From an uncultured bacterium (GTDB lineage Bacteria > Verrucomicrobiota > Verrucomicrobiia > Limisphaerales > UBA8199): DNA of 64,000 nt. Position 1 is the first letter of the stretch, and each line of letters opens with the position of its first letter. The notes below the pieces were generated by a model. The model had not been told where the DNA came from. It was given only the letters and a program-made list of their open reading frames with translations, and did no database searches. A program made the position numbers and the translations under genes. The stretch covers positions 224,001 to 288,000 of the forward strand of contig CAVVMW010000018.1 of NCBI GenBank assembly GCA_963749495.1, given 5' to 3'. Below, one piece after another: positions 53,949 to 63,672 of the stretch.

Positions 53949-54239
53949 CTACTCGCGCTGGCGTTGAAAGCTCTGCTCTAAGTGGGCCACGACCTCGGCT
54001 GCGAACAGGAGCTTGCGCTTTCCGGCGAAGCTGACCATGTCCTCAGGAATGATACCCTCCTGGCGCCAGCGGTAGATAGTGTCGCGGTCCACCCCAAAGT
54101 GGCTGGCCAACTGCAGGGCCGTCAGCCGGGTGACCGGGCGGCCCGGCTTGACGGTCAGGGAACCGTCGCCGTGGGGCACGACCACCGGCGGACAGAAGAC
54201 CGTCGAGGTGCGCTGGTCGGGGTTGTCCTTGCGGGTCAT
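53949..54239 (-). CDS. Excisionase-like/MerR-type HTH DNA-binding protein
   Basis: LTALQLASHFGVDRDTIYRWRQEG. Confidence 0.75.
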   Translation of the reverse strand: MTRKDNPDQRTSTVFCPPVVVPHGDGSLTVKPGRPVTRLTALQLASHFGVDRDTIYRWRQEGIIPEDMVSFAGKRKLLFAAEVVAHLEQSFQRQRE

Positions 54240-54544
54240 TGGGCCAAAAAGGATAGTCGCCGCGCTGGCGGCGGTCCAGGGCGGGCGCTTCCCGCCACCG
54301 CCCCCGCCGGCTGCGGCGAGATGGGAGTGCGCCCGTCCTCGGGCGCAGCGACGTCCGCAGCCAGGGCAGCGGTCAAGTAATCCGGCGCGCCTGCCCGCTC
54401 CGTCGCTGCTGCGCCCGGGGACGGGCGCACTCCGGGGGCAGTGCCGGGCTGCGCCCGTCCGCGGCCCCGGCGGCGGAATTGGCTTGCGGCTCCGGCTGGT
54501 GTCCGGCTAGTCTTCATCCGTTTACCGGCCCAACGGTAAGACAC

Positions 54545-55123
54545 ATGGTTAGACCAAGTCAAGAAAGAAATCGAACTTTTTCTAACCTCCGAGCGAGGCT
54601 CAAGGAGGCGCGCCTTGCTTTGCGCCTTACCCAGGACCAGCTTGCGGCCAAATGGGGGCTGAAAAGCGGGGGAAACTACATCTGGATGATCGAGGACGGG
54701 CGGAAGCCGTTCCCGCCCAAGCACACGGGGAGGTTAGAGCAGTTAGAACGAGAGGCGGCCGCTCTCTCTGATTCTAACCGTCCGGTCCCGCCTGCCCCCG
54801 CGCCCCAGCCCGCCCCGCCCGCCGACCCCGGGCCTTGGCGGTTCCGGGCCCTGGCCGCCGAGAAGAAACTGGCGGATTTGAGGTCGGGCCTGCAGGCGCT
54901 CCTGGATTTGAGCGGGCCGGGGGCGGAGGCGGGACCGGGCGAGGCGGTTGGTTCTGATAAAGCGCGGATGGCTTCGGCGCTGAGGGCCGCGGTTTCGAGG
55001 ACTCGGCGGCCTTCCGGTTCAAAGCGCGGGCCCATGCCCGGCAAAAGCGGGCCGCCCTCCGGCAGCGGGCCGCGCCCCAGCGGGCCGTCACCCCTTCGAG
55101 TTCAGGATCCAGGATCAAAATAG
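54545..55123 (+). CDS. XRE-family HTH repressor-like protein
   Basis: RLKEARLALRLTQDQLAAKWG...YIWMIEDG. Confidence 0.75.
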   Translation: MVRPSQERNRTFSNLRARLKEARLALRLTQDQLAAKWGLKSGGNYIWMIEDGRKPFPPKHTGRLEQLEREAAALSDSNRPVPPAPAPQPAPPADPGPWRFRALAAEKKLADLRSGLQALLDLSGPGAEAGPGEAVGSDKARMASALRAAVSRTRRPSGSKRGPMPGKSGPPSGSGPRPSGPSPLRVQDPGSK

Positions 55124-55310
55124 CTGGTTTCACGCGGAACCGGTTTCGTCGTTCTGATCATATGTCCAGTGGTTGGACAAAGCCTGTCCAACCCTCTTAG
55201 TCCCCTGGTCACTTGGTCTTTTAGTCTCCGGGTCGTTTTTTCCGCCGCACAGTCCGCAGAGTCCGCGCTGTCCTTGGACAAGGAGGGAGGGCGGGGCGCA
55301 GACTGCGCGC

Positions 55311-55529
55311 ATGAAAACATTCCTGGACTGGCTGAGCGGCAAGAAGACCTACCTGACGTGCCTGGCGGCGGGCGCGCTCCTCTTCGGGTCGTGGCAAGGC
55401 TGGTGGAAACTCCCCCCGGAGATCTACGCCGCCCTCGCCGCGCTCGCGACCGCGTTCCTGCGCGCCGGAATTTCGAAACTCCAGGGCCCGCAGACCACGC
55501 AGAACACGCCGAATCCGCCAGGCCAATAA
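55311..55529 (+). CDS. Putative holin
   Basis: MKTFLDWLSGKKTYL + two TM helices + LRAGI. Confidence 0.65.
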   Translation: MKTFLDWLSGKKTYLTCLAAGALLFGSWQGWWKLPPEIYAALAALATAFLRAGISKLQGPQTTQNTPNPPGQ

Positions 55530-55562
55530 TCCACAAATCCACAAATCCATCAATCCAATCCT

Positions 55563-56105
55563 ATGTTCCACCGCAAAGACCAAAAGAACCTCCTGCTCAT
55601 TTCCCCACTGCTCGGCGCCGTGGCGCTCAGCGGCTGCTTCACCGGCTGCTCGACCGCGCCCGCTCCGGCCACTAATCCATCAATCCAACAATCCACCAAT
55701 CCGGCGCCTGCCTCCGCCCTGAGCGACCCGATCATTGGCACCAACGGCATCGCAACGCTGTTGGGCGATGGGGCACTGAGCCTCGGGACCAGCTACGCCA
55801 TCAACGCGATCCTGACCCGCAGCCCGCAACACGCCGCGCAGATCAAGGCGGATTTGGCCCTGATCAAGGCCGGCCTGGAATTGCTGCAGACCGACGGCAG
55901 CCCGCCGTCGAGCGCCGCGGTGAACGCGGCGCTCGTGCAGGCCAAGGTGCAATCGGCGGAAGTCCAGAGCCTGGTGGTGCAGTTGGTGGCGCTCTACCAG
56001 GGCAGCGCCCAGGCCGCCGTGGCGCATGGCCTGGCCGAACTGGCTTACGTGCCGGGATTGCTCAACGCCATCCGGAGCGGGATTGCGGCCGGACTGGGGG
56101 AGTAA
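55563..56105 (+). CDS. Phage-associated lipoprotein
   Basis: Lipobox LSGC/FTGC. Confidence 0.65.
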   Translation: MFHRKDQKNLLLISPLLGAVALSGCFTGCSTAPAPATNPSIQQSTNPAPASALSDPIIGTNGIATLLGDGALSLGTSYAINAILTRSPQHAAQIKADLALIKAGLELLQTDGSPPSSAAVNAALVQAKVQSAEVQSLVVQLVALYQGSAQAAVAHGLAELAYVPGLLNAIRSGIAAGLGE

Positions 56106-56159
56106 AGGCTAAAGGCTAAAGGCTAAAGGCCTGCCTGCCGGCAGGCAGGCCAACTCGCT

Positions 56160-56360
56160 ATGATTCTCGATCTGATCACCAACCTTCTTGGCGCCATTAA
56201 GGCCGTCTTCGGTTTCACCAAACAGCGGGACGCCGAGAAAAATTCGCCCGCGATGGTCGAGGCCAAGACCGCGCAGAACGAGCAGAACGCCGAGGACAAA
56301 ACGCGCCGCGCCATCGCGGGCGGCAATATCCAGGAGGAACGACGTGAACTGGCTGAATGA
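56160..56360 (+). CDS. Small phage protein (inner spanin-like, inference)
   Basis: N-terminal hydrophobic helix + short coiled coil, upstream of a lipoprotein. Confidence 0.5.
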   Translation: MILDLITNLLGAIKAVFGFTKQRDAEKNSPAMVEAKTAQNEQNAEDKTRRAIAGGNIQEERRELAE

Positions 56361-56385
56361 GAAAAGGCTAAAGGCTAAAGGCTAA

Positions 56386-56772
56386 ATGAAAACAAAGATA
56401 CACCATCATCACCCATTGCGTCCTTTCCGTCCTTTAGCCTTTAGCCTTCAGCCTTTAGCCTTTTCTTTGCTCCTTTCCTGCACCGTCGCTCCCAAGCCCA
56501 TCGTGAACACGCAGCCCTCTTTCGATGGCAACGAGCCCAACAGCGGCCTCATCTGTCTCGACGCCCAGGGCAACGGCGTCATCACGCCCCACGCGCGCGA
56601 GCGCTACAACAGTCTCATGGCCGCGTATGGCGGCAGATTTTCGCCCCCGGTCAAACCGGGCGAGGGCCTGGCGCCCACGGCCACCAACACCTTCCTGCTG
56701 GACCGGCAGCACCGCTTCTATTTCGAAACGGCCGCCCGCTGGCAGCGGCAAGACCACGGAGGCGCGCGATGA
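56386..56772 (+). CDS. Phage lipoprotein (outer spanin-like, inference)
   Basis: LLLSC lipobox. Confidence 0.5.
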   Translation: MKTKIHHHHPLRPFRPLAFSLQPLAFSLLLSCTVAPKPIVNTQPSFDGNEPNSGLICLDAQGNGVITPHARERYNSLMAAYGGRFSPPVKPGEGLAPTATNTFLLDRQHRFYFETAARWQRQDHGGAR

Positions 56773-57209
56773 TCGCGGCATTGTTCGATCCGGGCAGCTA
56801 CCAATCCATCGGCTGGATACTGGTGAGCCTCTTTGCGCTCGTGGCCGGGCTCAACCAGGTGCTGCGGTTCTATGACCGGCTCAAGGACAAGCCGGCGCCG
56901 GCGGACCTCAAGAAGGCCGCGGCCGAGAAATTCGTGCGGCGCGAGGATTGCCTCCGCATGCACGGCCAGCTCGAGGCCCAGTTCGCCCTGGTCGGGCAGC
57001 AGCGCGCCGATGACGCCAAAGACGCCGTCGGCAGCCGCAAAGGGATCTACGAGCAGATCGCGATGGTGCGCGCCGAGATGGTGCAAATGGAGCGCCGGCT
57101 CAACGAGGACAGCGAGACGCGCCAGGAAAAGGTCCATGCCCGGGTGGACGAGGTCCTGCGGGCGGTGAGCCGGGTCGAGGGCAAGCTCGAGGCAAAGGCT
57201 GAAGGCTAA
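56769..57209 (+). CDS. TM + coiled-coil phage protein (Mu gp25-like position)
   Basis: Single TM, FVRREDC, C-terminal coiled coil VSRVEGKLE. Confidence 0.6.
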   Translation: MIAALFDPGSYQSIGWILVSLFALVAGLNQVLRFYDRLKDKPAPADLKKAAAEKFVRREDCLRMHGQLEAQFALVGQQRADDAKDAVGSRKGIYEQIAMVRAEMVQMERRLNEDSETRQEKVHARVDEVLRAVSRVEGKLEAKAEG

Positions 57210-57306
57210 AGGCTAAAGGCTAAAGTGAAGACAAAAACACCACCGTCCCTTAAGTCGCTTATGTCCCTTAAGTCCCTTAAGTCCCTTCCCAACACCGAGT
57301 ACTGAG

Positions 57307-57582
57307 ATGAGCGAACGACAACAACGGATTGTGACCGCGATTCTCCGCTTCCTGGACAAGCTGGACGGGATCCAGGCGGTCGAGCCGCTGATTCACGCGG
57401 CGGCCCAGACCTGGCTGCGCAACGCGGGCGAGCCGGCGCCGGCGCTGGCCGAGTTCAACGACGCCCTGCGGCTCTGCAACCAGCGCGGGTGGGTGACCGG
57501 CGTGGCCGCCCGGGTCACCAACCAGATGAAGTGGTCGCTGAGCGACGAGGGCCGGGCCGCCCTGGCAGAACTGAAAGGCTAA
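57307..57582 (+). CDS. Small winged-helix phage protein (Mu gp26-like)
   Basis: ILRFL...GWV...WSLSDEGRAAL. Confidence 0.55.
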   Translation: MSERQQRIVTAILRFLDKLDGIQAVEPLIHAAAQTWLRNAGEPAPALAEFNDALRLCNQRGWVTGVAARVTNQMKWSLSDEGRAALAELKG

Positions 57583-57585
57583 AGA

Positions 57586-59323
57586 ATGACCCAGCACATA
57601 CCAGAGTGGCGGAAGCAGGCGAAGGCGGGCGTGAGCCTGGCTGCCGCCAGGGCCCAGGCCGCCCCCGCGTTGTCTTCCACCAGTCCACCAATCCACCAAT
57701 CCACCAATCCCACGCCGGCTTTGCCGGCGGGCCTGAGCCGGAGCCTGGCCAAGATCCTCCGGCCCCAGGCGGCGTATCGCTGGCTGCTGCCGCAACTGGC
57801 GGCCATCACCCCGATGTACATCGAGATGGTCCTGCGCGGCGCCATGGCCGGCAACCATGTCCAGGCCTGGGAACTCTTCGACCTCATGGAGGACACCTCC
57901 CCGCGCCTCATGAAAAACCTCAACGAGGTCAAGCGCGCCGTCGTGGCCATGGACTGGAAGCTCTGGCCTTACCAGGAGGAGGACCAACCCCCCAGCGACC
58001 GCGCCAAGGAAAAGGCGTCCCTCGTCAGCGCCGCCCTCCGCACCATGCGCCCCTGCGCCACCGCGGACGAAAACGACTTCAGCGGCACAATCTATGACGT
58101 GCTCGATGCCTGGGCCAAAGGCCAGGCGGTGCTCGAGGTGGACTGGGAATCCCGACGCGTCGGGACCGCCGCGCTTGGCCGGATCATCGCCCCCCGCGCC
58201 ACTTACTGGGTACACCCCACCTGCGTGGCCTGGTCCATGACCGGCGAGCTCGGCCTGAGGCTCGAAATCATGCGGCCCCAGACCAGTCAGACCGGTCAGA
58301 CTGGCCGGACCGGCCGGACCAACTACACCCTGACCCCCGGCGTCTGGCAGTCCACCACCCTCCAACCCCTTCCCAGCGCCGTCGGCCAGTTCCCAGACCA
58401 CAAGTTCCTCATCTCCATCTGCAAGGCCAAGTCCGGCACCGCCCTGGGCGGCGCCTTGCTCCGGCCCCTGGCCTGGTGGTGGTGCGCCGCTAACTTCTCC
58501 GCCGATTGGCTGCTGGACCTTGCGCAGATCTGGCAACTCCCCTTCCGCTGGGCGAACTATGACCCCAGCGCGCCCCAGGCCACCGTGGATGCCATCTGCA
58601 ACATGCTCCAGGACATGGGCCGCAATGCCTGGGCCGCCTTCCCCGCCGGCACCACCATCGAGGCTCAAAGAGTCCAACCAGCGCGCCGGCAATGGGCCCG
58701 CAGACAACATGCTCGACCGCGCCGAAAAGCAGATGGACCTGCTCATCCTCGGCCAGACCCTCACCACCGATGTCTCGCCCTCCGGGGGCAGCCGCGCCTT
58801 GGGCGAGGTCCATGCCGGCGTCAAGCGCGAGATGGTTCAAGCCGCCGGAAACTTCGCCGCAGGCATCCTCAACTCCCAACTCATCAGGAGCATCCTGCTC
58901 CTCAATTACCGCGAGGACACCGAGCCGCCACGTTTGGCGCCCGTGCCCAAGAAAGCTGAAGATGTTGCTGCCAACGCGACGCGCGACAAGACGCTGCTGG
59001 ATGCCGGTGTGCGGATGCCAAAGGCCTGGTTCTTCAAGCGCCACGACATACCGCTGCCGCAGGAAGGTGAGGAAACGGTCGGTCAGTCCACGGTCCACAG
59101 TCCATCCACCCTCCGTAGCAGGGCTACTGCGCCCGTCCTCCGTAGCAGTGCTACTGCGGAGGGAGGAGAGGACGGGCAGTCCACAGTCCCCCCGTCCGAC
59201 GCCGCGCAGCAATCGCTGCAGCCGGACCGGGGCGACGGTTCCCAGCCGCCGGACAAGCTGGAGAGCAAAACCACCTTCGTCCACGGGTTGGCCGGCGAAA
59301 ACGCCAAAGCGCTGAAACGCTGA
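57586..59323 (+). CDS. Mu gp29-like portal (DUF935); frameshift ~58663
   Basis: ELFDLMED, LLRPLAW, ILGQTLTT, GSRALGEVH motifs. Confidence 0.85.
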
Positions 59324-59368
59324 AATCCACTAATCCAATAATCCACTAATCCATCAATCCAATCTCGT

Positions 59369-62300
59369 ATGAGCGCAAAATGTGAGCACATGAACGAGGA
59401 CGGCACCTTCAAAGGCGGCTTCGATGGCTGCGTATTGCACATGCGGACCTGCGAAGGCCACTCCGAGGAGAGCGCCAGGAAAATCTGCGGCAAAATCGCC
59501 CAGCAGGTCGCAGGCAAGGATCCGTCCCATCAATCCACCAATCCACCAATCCATCAATCCGGCCTCGGCCCTCCTCTCCAGGCGCGGCTGAGCGTCGCGG
59601 CGCCGGTGGACGCCGACCGCGACTTCATGGTCCTGCCTGCCGGCGAGCACCAATGCACCTTCTCCCAGGGTGGCCGGCCGGTAGTGCGGCGGGTGAACAT
59701 CACCCCCGAGAGCGCCGCCGCGCTCCAGGAACAGCTCGATGCCGTCCAGGCCCGGAGCGCACTCAAACCCTTCTTTGACTTCGATCACGATGACCGCGCC
59801 GCCAGCGCCTGGCCCACAAGATTCTACTGGCACGCCGGCGACAAGCCCGGCCTGCCTGGCCGGCAGGCAGGCGTCTATGCCAGCGCCCAGCGCAGCGAGC
59901 CCGGCCGCGCCGCCATCGCCGGCAAGGCCTACCAGGCCTTCTCCATGGTCTTTCACGTGGACCACGACGAGCCGGCCAAAGTGGTGAGCAACCCGGACGC
60001 CGACCTCAACTTCGGCGGCCTGGTGAACGACCCCGCGTTCCACAGCATCGCACCCATCGAGGGCAAATCGCCCAGTCAGACTGGCCCGCCTCGCTCGCGC
60101 TCCGGCGCGGCGGGTCCGACCAGTCCGACCAGTCCGACTGATCCCCTCGAGGCCGGCGATTTGCCTGGCCACCCGTTCCGAGGCAATCAGTATGCGTCGG
60201 GTGAAGGCGCAGGCGGCGAACACAACAAGGCCAGCGCCAAGGCCGCCCAGGCCAGCGCCGCCGCCAAGGAGAGCGGTGATGCCAAAGCCCACACCAAGGC
60301 CGCCAAGGCCCACGCCCACGCCGCCCGCCTCCATGAAAAAGAGGGCAATGACGAGCAGGCGGATTATCACCGCGCCATGGCCCAGTTCCACACCAAGGCC
60401 GCCGCCAAAGCCGCCGGCCAGGCCCGCGCCGAGCGCGGCGCCGATGAGCGCGAGGGCGCCCAGGGCGCTCGCGAGCGCAAGCACCTCAAGAAGCTCAAGA
60501 GCAAATCAGTCCACCCGCCTGCCGATCGGCGGGCAGGCAGTCCAGAGTCCACAGTCCAGAGCCAGGAACCGCTCGGAGCCAGGGGCTACGTCGAGAGCGA
60601 CGAACTCGAGGGCTGCACGACCGCGTGCCGCTCCGCCCTCGCCAATTGCGATGACCTGGACGACGAGACCAAAGCCACGCTCGTTGTTGCCATGTTCGCC
60701 TGCGGCCTGATGCGTGATAACCCCCGGGATGAAGGCGCCGCCAGTGTGTGCGCCCAGGAGTGCTCCGAGGCCGCCGCCGCCTGCCGCGCCTGCGGCTGCG
60801 AGCATTGCCTGGCCTGCGCCGCCGCGTGTGACTCCTGTGCTGAGGAGTGCCGCGAATTAACAGAAGGAAACAAAGGGAACGAAGAAAACCAAGAGGAGAT
60901 TGCCGGCTCCGCCTCGCGCTTGCCGTCCGCCCCTCGCCCCTCGCCCCTCGCCCCTCGCCCGTCAACCCTTTCCGCCTCCGCTCGTGCGGGTGCGGATGCA
61001 GCAAATCAAACATCAACAAGAGAGAATCATATGCAAGAAACGCTGGCCGATTTGCAGGCCAAATACGACAAGCTCAAGGCCGACGTCGCCGGATTGCAGG
61101 CCGCAAACAAGGCCGGCAATGCCGACGCCATCGCCGCCAAACAATCGCAGATGGAAGTCCTGGAGGCGCGCATGGCCGCCGCCCGCGCCGAACAGGAGAA
61201 CGCCGATCTGCGCAACCAAATGAAAGCCAACCGCGAGGCCGCCGCCGAACGCGAGGTGGACGACGCCGTGCGGACCGGCCGCATCGCCGCCAAGGACGCC
61301 GAAGGCCGGGCCAGGTGGAAGGGCCTGCTCGTGGCCGACCCGTCCAACCTGGTCGCCCTGCAGGCCATCCAGCCCAACGCCGCCCTGGGGGAGAGTTTCA
61401 CCCGAGGCGCGACCGCCGCCGCCGGCATGGCCCGCCTGGAGGCCCGCGAAGGCCCCGCGCGCGTCCTCAAGGCCTACGCCGCGCTCGAAGCCAAAAACAC
61501 CGGTGTCCACGACCTCTCCGTCATCGGCTTCAAACAAAAGGGCGACCACGCCCGCGAGATGGCCGCGCTCTACGCGCGCGACATCATGCCCCGCTGGAAC
61601 GAATTCCGCGACATGCCCCTCATGGCAGCCGACGTCACCGATACCAACCTCGGCACGCTCAGCGGCACGCTGGTGGCCCAGCGCACCTTGCAACTGTTCA
61701 AACTCGCCTTCCCCGTCATCAGCCGTGTCTTCACGGACTTCTCGGACACGCCCGTCCAGTTCAAGCAGACCGAGGCCACGCGCATCGTCATCGTGCCCGC
61801 CGTCCAGACTTACAGCACTGCCGCCGACTCGAGCGGCCGGCCCCAGGGCTGGGTTGTGCAGAGCGCCGCCCAGACCAAGGACGTCCTCATCACGCTCGAC
61901 GAGCACATCGGCATCCCCATCGTTTTCGATGCCAACACCCTCGCCAGCACCATCCGCCGCCTCTTCGATGAGCAGGCCCCGGCCGCCTCCTACGCCCTGG
62001 CCAAATACTTCGTCGAGAAGATCTACAAACTCTTCACGCTGGCCAACTACAACGCCTACGCGGCAATCAACGGCGCCTTGGTCCCCGCCGCCTACGCCAG
62101 CTACCCGGTCGGCCTCAACGACTTCGCCCGCTCCACGCTGGCCAAGATCGCGGCCATCTTCAACCCGAACCTGGTCCCGATCAGCGACCGCATCGTCCTG
62201 CTCCGCAGCGACTATTACGAGCAACTCGCCACCGACCCCAGCCTCGTGACATTCTTCGCCGGCCAGCAGAAGCCCGAGATCGTCACCGAAAACGCGCTCC

Positions 62301-62614
62301 CCAAACTCGCCGGCTTCGAACCCATCGAGGCCCCGAACCTCGGCGCGCCCAACGTCACCGCCAACCTGGCGGGCATGGCCCTCCACAAGGCCGCTGTCAT
62401 CGCCAAGAGCCGCCTGAGCAACGACTACACCCAGGCCCTGCCCGGCAGTTCCTACGGCTCGGTCACCACCATCACGGACCCCGACATCGGGATCTCGGTG
62501 GTCCTGGTGCAGTACGTCAACCACACCGGCGGCTACGCCGAATGGCGCATCCAGGTCATGCTCGGCGCCGCTGTCGGCGACAACCGCGGCGGGCTGTGCA
62601 TCGTGTCGTCCTAA
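59369..62614 (+). CDS. Fused Mu-like prohead protease/scaffold + major capsid protein with metal-binding-like inserts
   Basis: FDFDH..ASAW, YQAFS, GGLVNDPAF protease motifs; scaffold with AVRTGRI; C-terminal capsid-like domain. Confidence 0.75.
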   Translation: MSAKCEHMNEDGTFKGGFDGCVLHMRTCEGHSEESARKICGKIAQQVAGKDPSHQSTNPPIHQSGLGPPLQARLSVAAPVDADRDFMVLPAGEHQCTFSQGGRPVVRRVNITPESAAALQEQLDAVQARSALKPFFDFDHDDRAASAWPTRFYWHAGDKPGLPGRQAGVYASAQRSEPGRAAIAGKAYQAFSMVFHVDHDEPAKVVSNPDADLNFGGLVNDPAFHSIAPIEGKSPSQTGPPRSRSGAAGPTSPTSPTDPLEAGDLPGHPFRGNQYASGEGAGGEHNKASAKAAQASAAAKESGDAKAHTKAAKAHAHAARLHEKEGNDEQADYHRAMAQFHTKAAAKAAGQARAERGADEREGAQGARERKHLKKLKSKSVHPPADRRAGSPESTVQSQEPLGARGYVESDELEGCTTACRSALANCDDLDDETKATLVVAMFACGLMRDNPRDEGAASVCAQECSEAAAACRACGCEHCLACAAACDSCAEECRELTEGNKGNEENQEEIAGSASRLPSAPRPSPLAPRPSTLSASARAGADAANQTSTRENHMQETLADLQAKYDKLKADVAGLQAANKAGNADAIAAKQSQMEVLEARMAAARAEQENADLRNQMKANREAAAEREVDDAVRTGRIAAKDAEGRARWKGLLVADPSNLVALQAIQPNAALGESFTRGATAAAGMARLEAREGPARVLKAYAALEAKNTGVHDLSVIGFKQKGDHAREMAALYARDIMPRWNEFRDMPLMAADVTDTNLGTLSGTLVAQRTLQLFKLAFPVISRVFTDFSDTPVQFKQTEATRIVIVPAVQTYSTAADSSGRPQGWVVQSAAQTKDVLITLDEHIGIPIVFDANTLASTIRRLFDEQAPAASYALAKYFVEKIYKLFTLANYNAYAAINGALVPAAYASYPVGLNDFARSTLAKIAAIFNPNLVPISDRIVLLRSDYYEQLATDPSLVTFFAGQQKPEIVTENALPKLAGFEPIEAPNLGAPNVTANLAGMALHKAAVIAKSRLSNDYTQALPGSSYGSVTTITDPDIGISVVLVQYVNHTGGYAEWRIQVMLGAAVGDNRGGLCIVSS

Positions 62615-62707
62615 AGGTTCACCGGTTCACCGTTCAGGGTTCCCGGTTAACGCCGAACCCTGAACCCTGAACCAAATAATCCATCAATCCACTAATCCAC
62701 TAATCCA

Positions 62708-63466
62708 ATGAAGAAAGTTCTCGACATCATCAAGCAGGCGCTCGCAGCCCTGGCGGAGGTCAAGTCCGCCGGCCCGCGCGCCGATTCCATCAAGGCGCAC
62801 CTCGAGTCCTGCGCCTCAAACGCCCAGGCCGAACTGGACGACGCCGCCAAAGCGGGCCGTGCCGCGCCGGAGCCGAAGGCGAAGGCGGGCTACGGCCTGC
62901 TCAAGCTCCTGGCCGCCATGGCTGTAGTCTGCGTGTTCTGCGTGTTCTGCGGGCTCACCCGCATCCGCGCCGAGACCTTCAACACGACCAACGTGTTGAG
63001 CAACACCAACCAGGTGCAAATGTGGCCGACCAACACGCCCGGCCAAGGCACCGGCACCCCCATCAGCATCCTCAACCAGGACCGCGTCGGCTTCTACTTT
63101 GGCGCGTATGTCGCGACCAACGGGAACCAGTACAGTTCCAACGTCATCGTCACCATCCTGCACGGTTGGGGCAGTTCGCCGCCGCAGAGCGCGTTGCGCT
63201 ACGGCACCAACCTCCTTTCCAACAACACGACCAACCTGGCCTACATGGAGTGGGAGTCGCCGAGCAACTCCACGGCCATGACCCTGACCATTCCGATCCC
63301 CGTGATGACGAACTACTTCGCATGGTTCACCAACTTGGAACCGCCTTTTGTTGCAGGCGCCAATTGGCTCGGCATCTACTCGCTGACCCCCATGGGCAGC
63401 AACGTGTTCATGACCAACGTCGTCATGGGCCTCAACAAGAAGATCATCCCGATTCGCTACCCGTAG
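62708..63466 (+). CDS. Hypothetical phage protein with internal TM/signal and Asn/Thr-rich domain
   Basis: 252-aa ORF directly after capsid. Confidence 0.6.
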   Translation: MKKVLDIIKQALAALAEVKSAGPRADSIKAHLESCASNAQAELDDAAKAGRAAPEPKAKAGYGLLKLLAAMAVVCVFCVFCGLTRIRAETFNTTNVLSNTNQVQMWPTNTPGQGTGTPISILNQDRVGFYFGAYVATNGNQYSSNVIVTILHGWGSSPPQSALRYGTNLLSNNTTNLAYMEWESPSNSTAMTLTIPIPVMTNYFAWFTNLEPPFVAGANWLGIYSLTPMGSNVFMTNVVMGLNKKIIPIRYP

Positions 63467-63672
63467 CCGGGTAGCAGCATGAGGGAACGAGCCGGTCGGC
63501 GGCCTTTCGGGGTTGTTCACCGCCGGCCGGCGATTCCAGAAAGGCTAAAGGCTAAAGGCTAAAGTGAAGAAAGAGACACGCAATCGCCGTCCCTTATGTC
63601 CCTTACGTCCCTTATGTCGCTTATGTCTTTTCTGGCCTTTAGCCTTTAATTCAGCCTTCAGCCTTTAGCCCT

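Noticed and set aside
53900..53950. att site or Mu TG end at the prophage left boundary
   Set aside because: No tRNA, direct repeat or transposase-binding repeats recognisable
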